Assembly: GCF_001194135.2 (NCBI RefSeq)
Contig: NC_068986.1
Location: 34,798,615-34,862,614 of the forward strand
From: Octopus bimaculoides
Lineage: Eukaryota
Direction of reading: 5' to 3'
DNA: 64,000 nt
Shown piece after piece: positions 62,895 to 64,000 of this stretch. Under the pieces are notes generated by a model, which was given only the letters and a program-made list of their open reading frames with translations, did not search any database and was not told the DNA's origin. Positions within the stretch are counted from its first letter, which is position 1. Each line of letters starts with the position of its first letter. The translations under genes were made by a program, and so were the position numbers.

Positions 62895-63030
62895 ATCACT
62901 CAGCTGTGAACTGGTTGGGTCATTAAGAGTGTTGGGTAGAACGCTTTGTCTGTGTTCTGAGTTCAAATCACTCCAAGGTGAACTTGTTTTACAACCTTTT
63001 TTGTGGTCTATAAAAAAAAAATGACCAATT
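62895..63030 (+). mobile_element. Old SINE B head
   Basis: CTGAGTTCAAATC..GGTGAACTTG. Confidence 0.55.
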
Positions 63031-63521
63031 ACAGGGTGATGGATTAGAGGGTTGGGTACGATTCCTTGTAGTAGCTCTTCCAGCCAGTTGTTTTGTGTTC
63101 TGACAGCAACTCCTGCAGTGACGCTGTCGCTAAGGTGTATCAGCCCATGTTGGCAGTCTTTTTCTTGGAATAAGTGTCAGTCACGTAGTGAGACAGGAGA
63201 CTTGCATGTATAGGTAACTAACTGCCAGTCTTTCTCATAGAATCTTGCCCAAACTTGCACATACTTGTGCAGACACATGGCCAGCCTGACTGGTGGAAGG
63301 CTCTTTTCCTTCACCTCCCAATATTTATGTTGATTATACAGAATTAGGTTTAAACAGTTCCCTTTATATTAAGGTCATTCCCTAGGAGCTACATGGCTTT
63401 TGTATTTTTCATTATACTTAAGTAATCACCATGTTAACTTTGAAGGGTTTTTTTTTTGTCATTCTTCGTTATTACTGTATAACTTGAAACGTTTTCCATT
63501 TTTCTTTAACAGACTCTATAA

Positions 63522-63746
63522 CCCTTTAGCATTCAGATTATTCTGTTAAATGTAATACTTTTTCATTCAAATTGTTTTTTTTTTTTTATTAATGAAGCTA
63601 TTTTATAGCTTCAAAATTTTTCACGATGTGATTGTATATTTTATAATGGCATTGAAGGGTAGGTGTGATAGACTGGATCTGGCTGGTTACAACATAAAAA
63701 AAGGTAGCATATCTGGGCTGCATATGGCCAATTTAAATGCTAAAGG
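63522..63746. mobile_element. MITE family E
   Basis: ATAA CCCTTTAGCATTCAG ... AATGCTAAAGG TTAA (63747-63750). Confidence 0.85.
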
Positions 63747-63788
63747 TTAATATGAACCAGATCATCAGTTTGCAAAAAATATATAAAC

Positions 63789-63996
63789 GTGTTTGTGTTT
63801 GTCCCCCCAACATCGCTTGACAACCGATGCTGGTGTGTTTACGTCAACGTAACTTAGCGGTTCGGCAAAATGAGACCGATAGAATAAGTACTAGGCTTAC
63901 AAAGAATAAATTCCTGGGGTCGATTTGCTCGACTAAAGGCAGTGCTCCAGCATGGCCGCAGTCAAATGACTGAAACAAGTAAAAGGGTGAAAGAGT
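63789..63996 (+). mobile_element. 3' half of a young SINE A without its tRNA head
   Basis: TGTTTGTCCCCCCAACATCGC..GCTCCAGCATGGCCGCAGTC, CpG-rich. Confidence 0.9.
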
Positions 63997-64000
63997 ACGT

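Larger units (their letters stand above)
58773..64000 (+). other. TCF: TCF intron continuing past the window end
   Basis: GTAAGT donor at 58773. No following TCF-like exon recognised. Confidence 0.7.

Noticed and set aside
63060-63330. Higher-complexity stretch that looked like decayed coding sequence
   Set aside because: No frame gave a recognisable protein motif.

Overview
AT-rich, microsatellite- and gap-riddled animal genomic DNA. The repeat families strongly suggest an octopus short-read assembly; this is pattern recognition, not a database result. The window lies inside one plus-strand gene, the Wnt effector TCF/LEF (pangolin). Two coding exons are visible: 48389-48509 (GGKMSMVQPPLASLMMYNNDYSQPPPAHMGIPPVHIDPKT-G) and <58709-58772 (..PAPPGQFPHPIYGPDFPQVQ-W), whose 5' end is in a gap. 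Their splice phases match the homologous vertebrate TCF7L2 exons. I found no beta-catenin-binding or HMG-box exon, so the rest is intron: at least 48 kb upstream (unless an exon hides in a gap), about 10 kb between, and more than 5 kb downstream. The introns hold several tRNA-derived SINE families (my labels A, B, C), RTE-type LINE 3' ends, two TTAA-flanked piggyBac-like MITE families (E, F), Penelope-like remnants and simple repeats, often nested. Apart from two that overlap these exons, the supplied ORFs appear to be microsatellite, repeat or N-gap artefacts. No clearly new multi-gene system is present. The best leads are hammerhead-ribozyme-like motifs (one at the apex of a 170-nt hairpin), a possible internal promoter for an N-terminally truncated TCF, a 12-bp-phased triple TCF site, and an IRF/Blimp-1-like array. 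Repeat boundaries were read by eye and are approximate (about +/-20 bp unless TIR/TSD positions are given).
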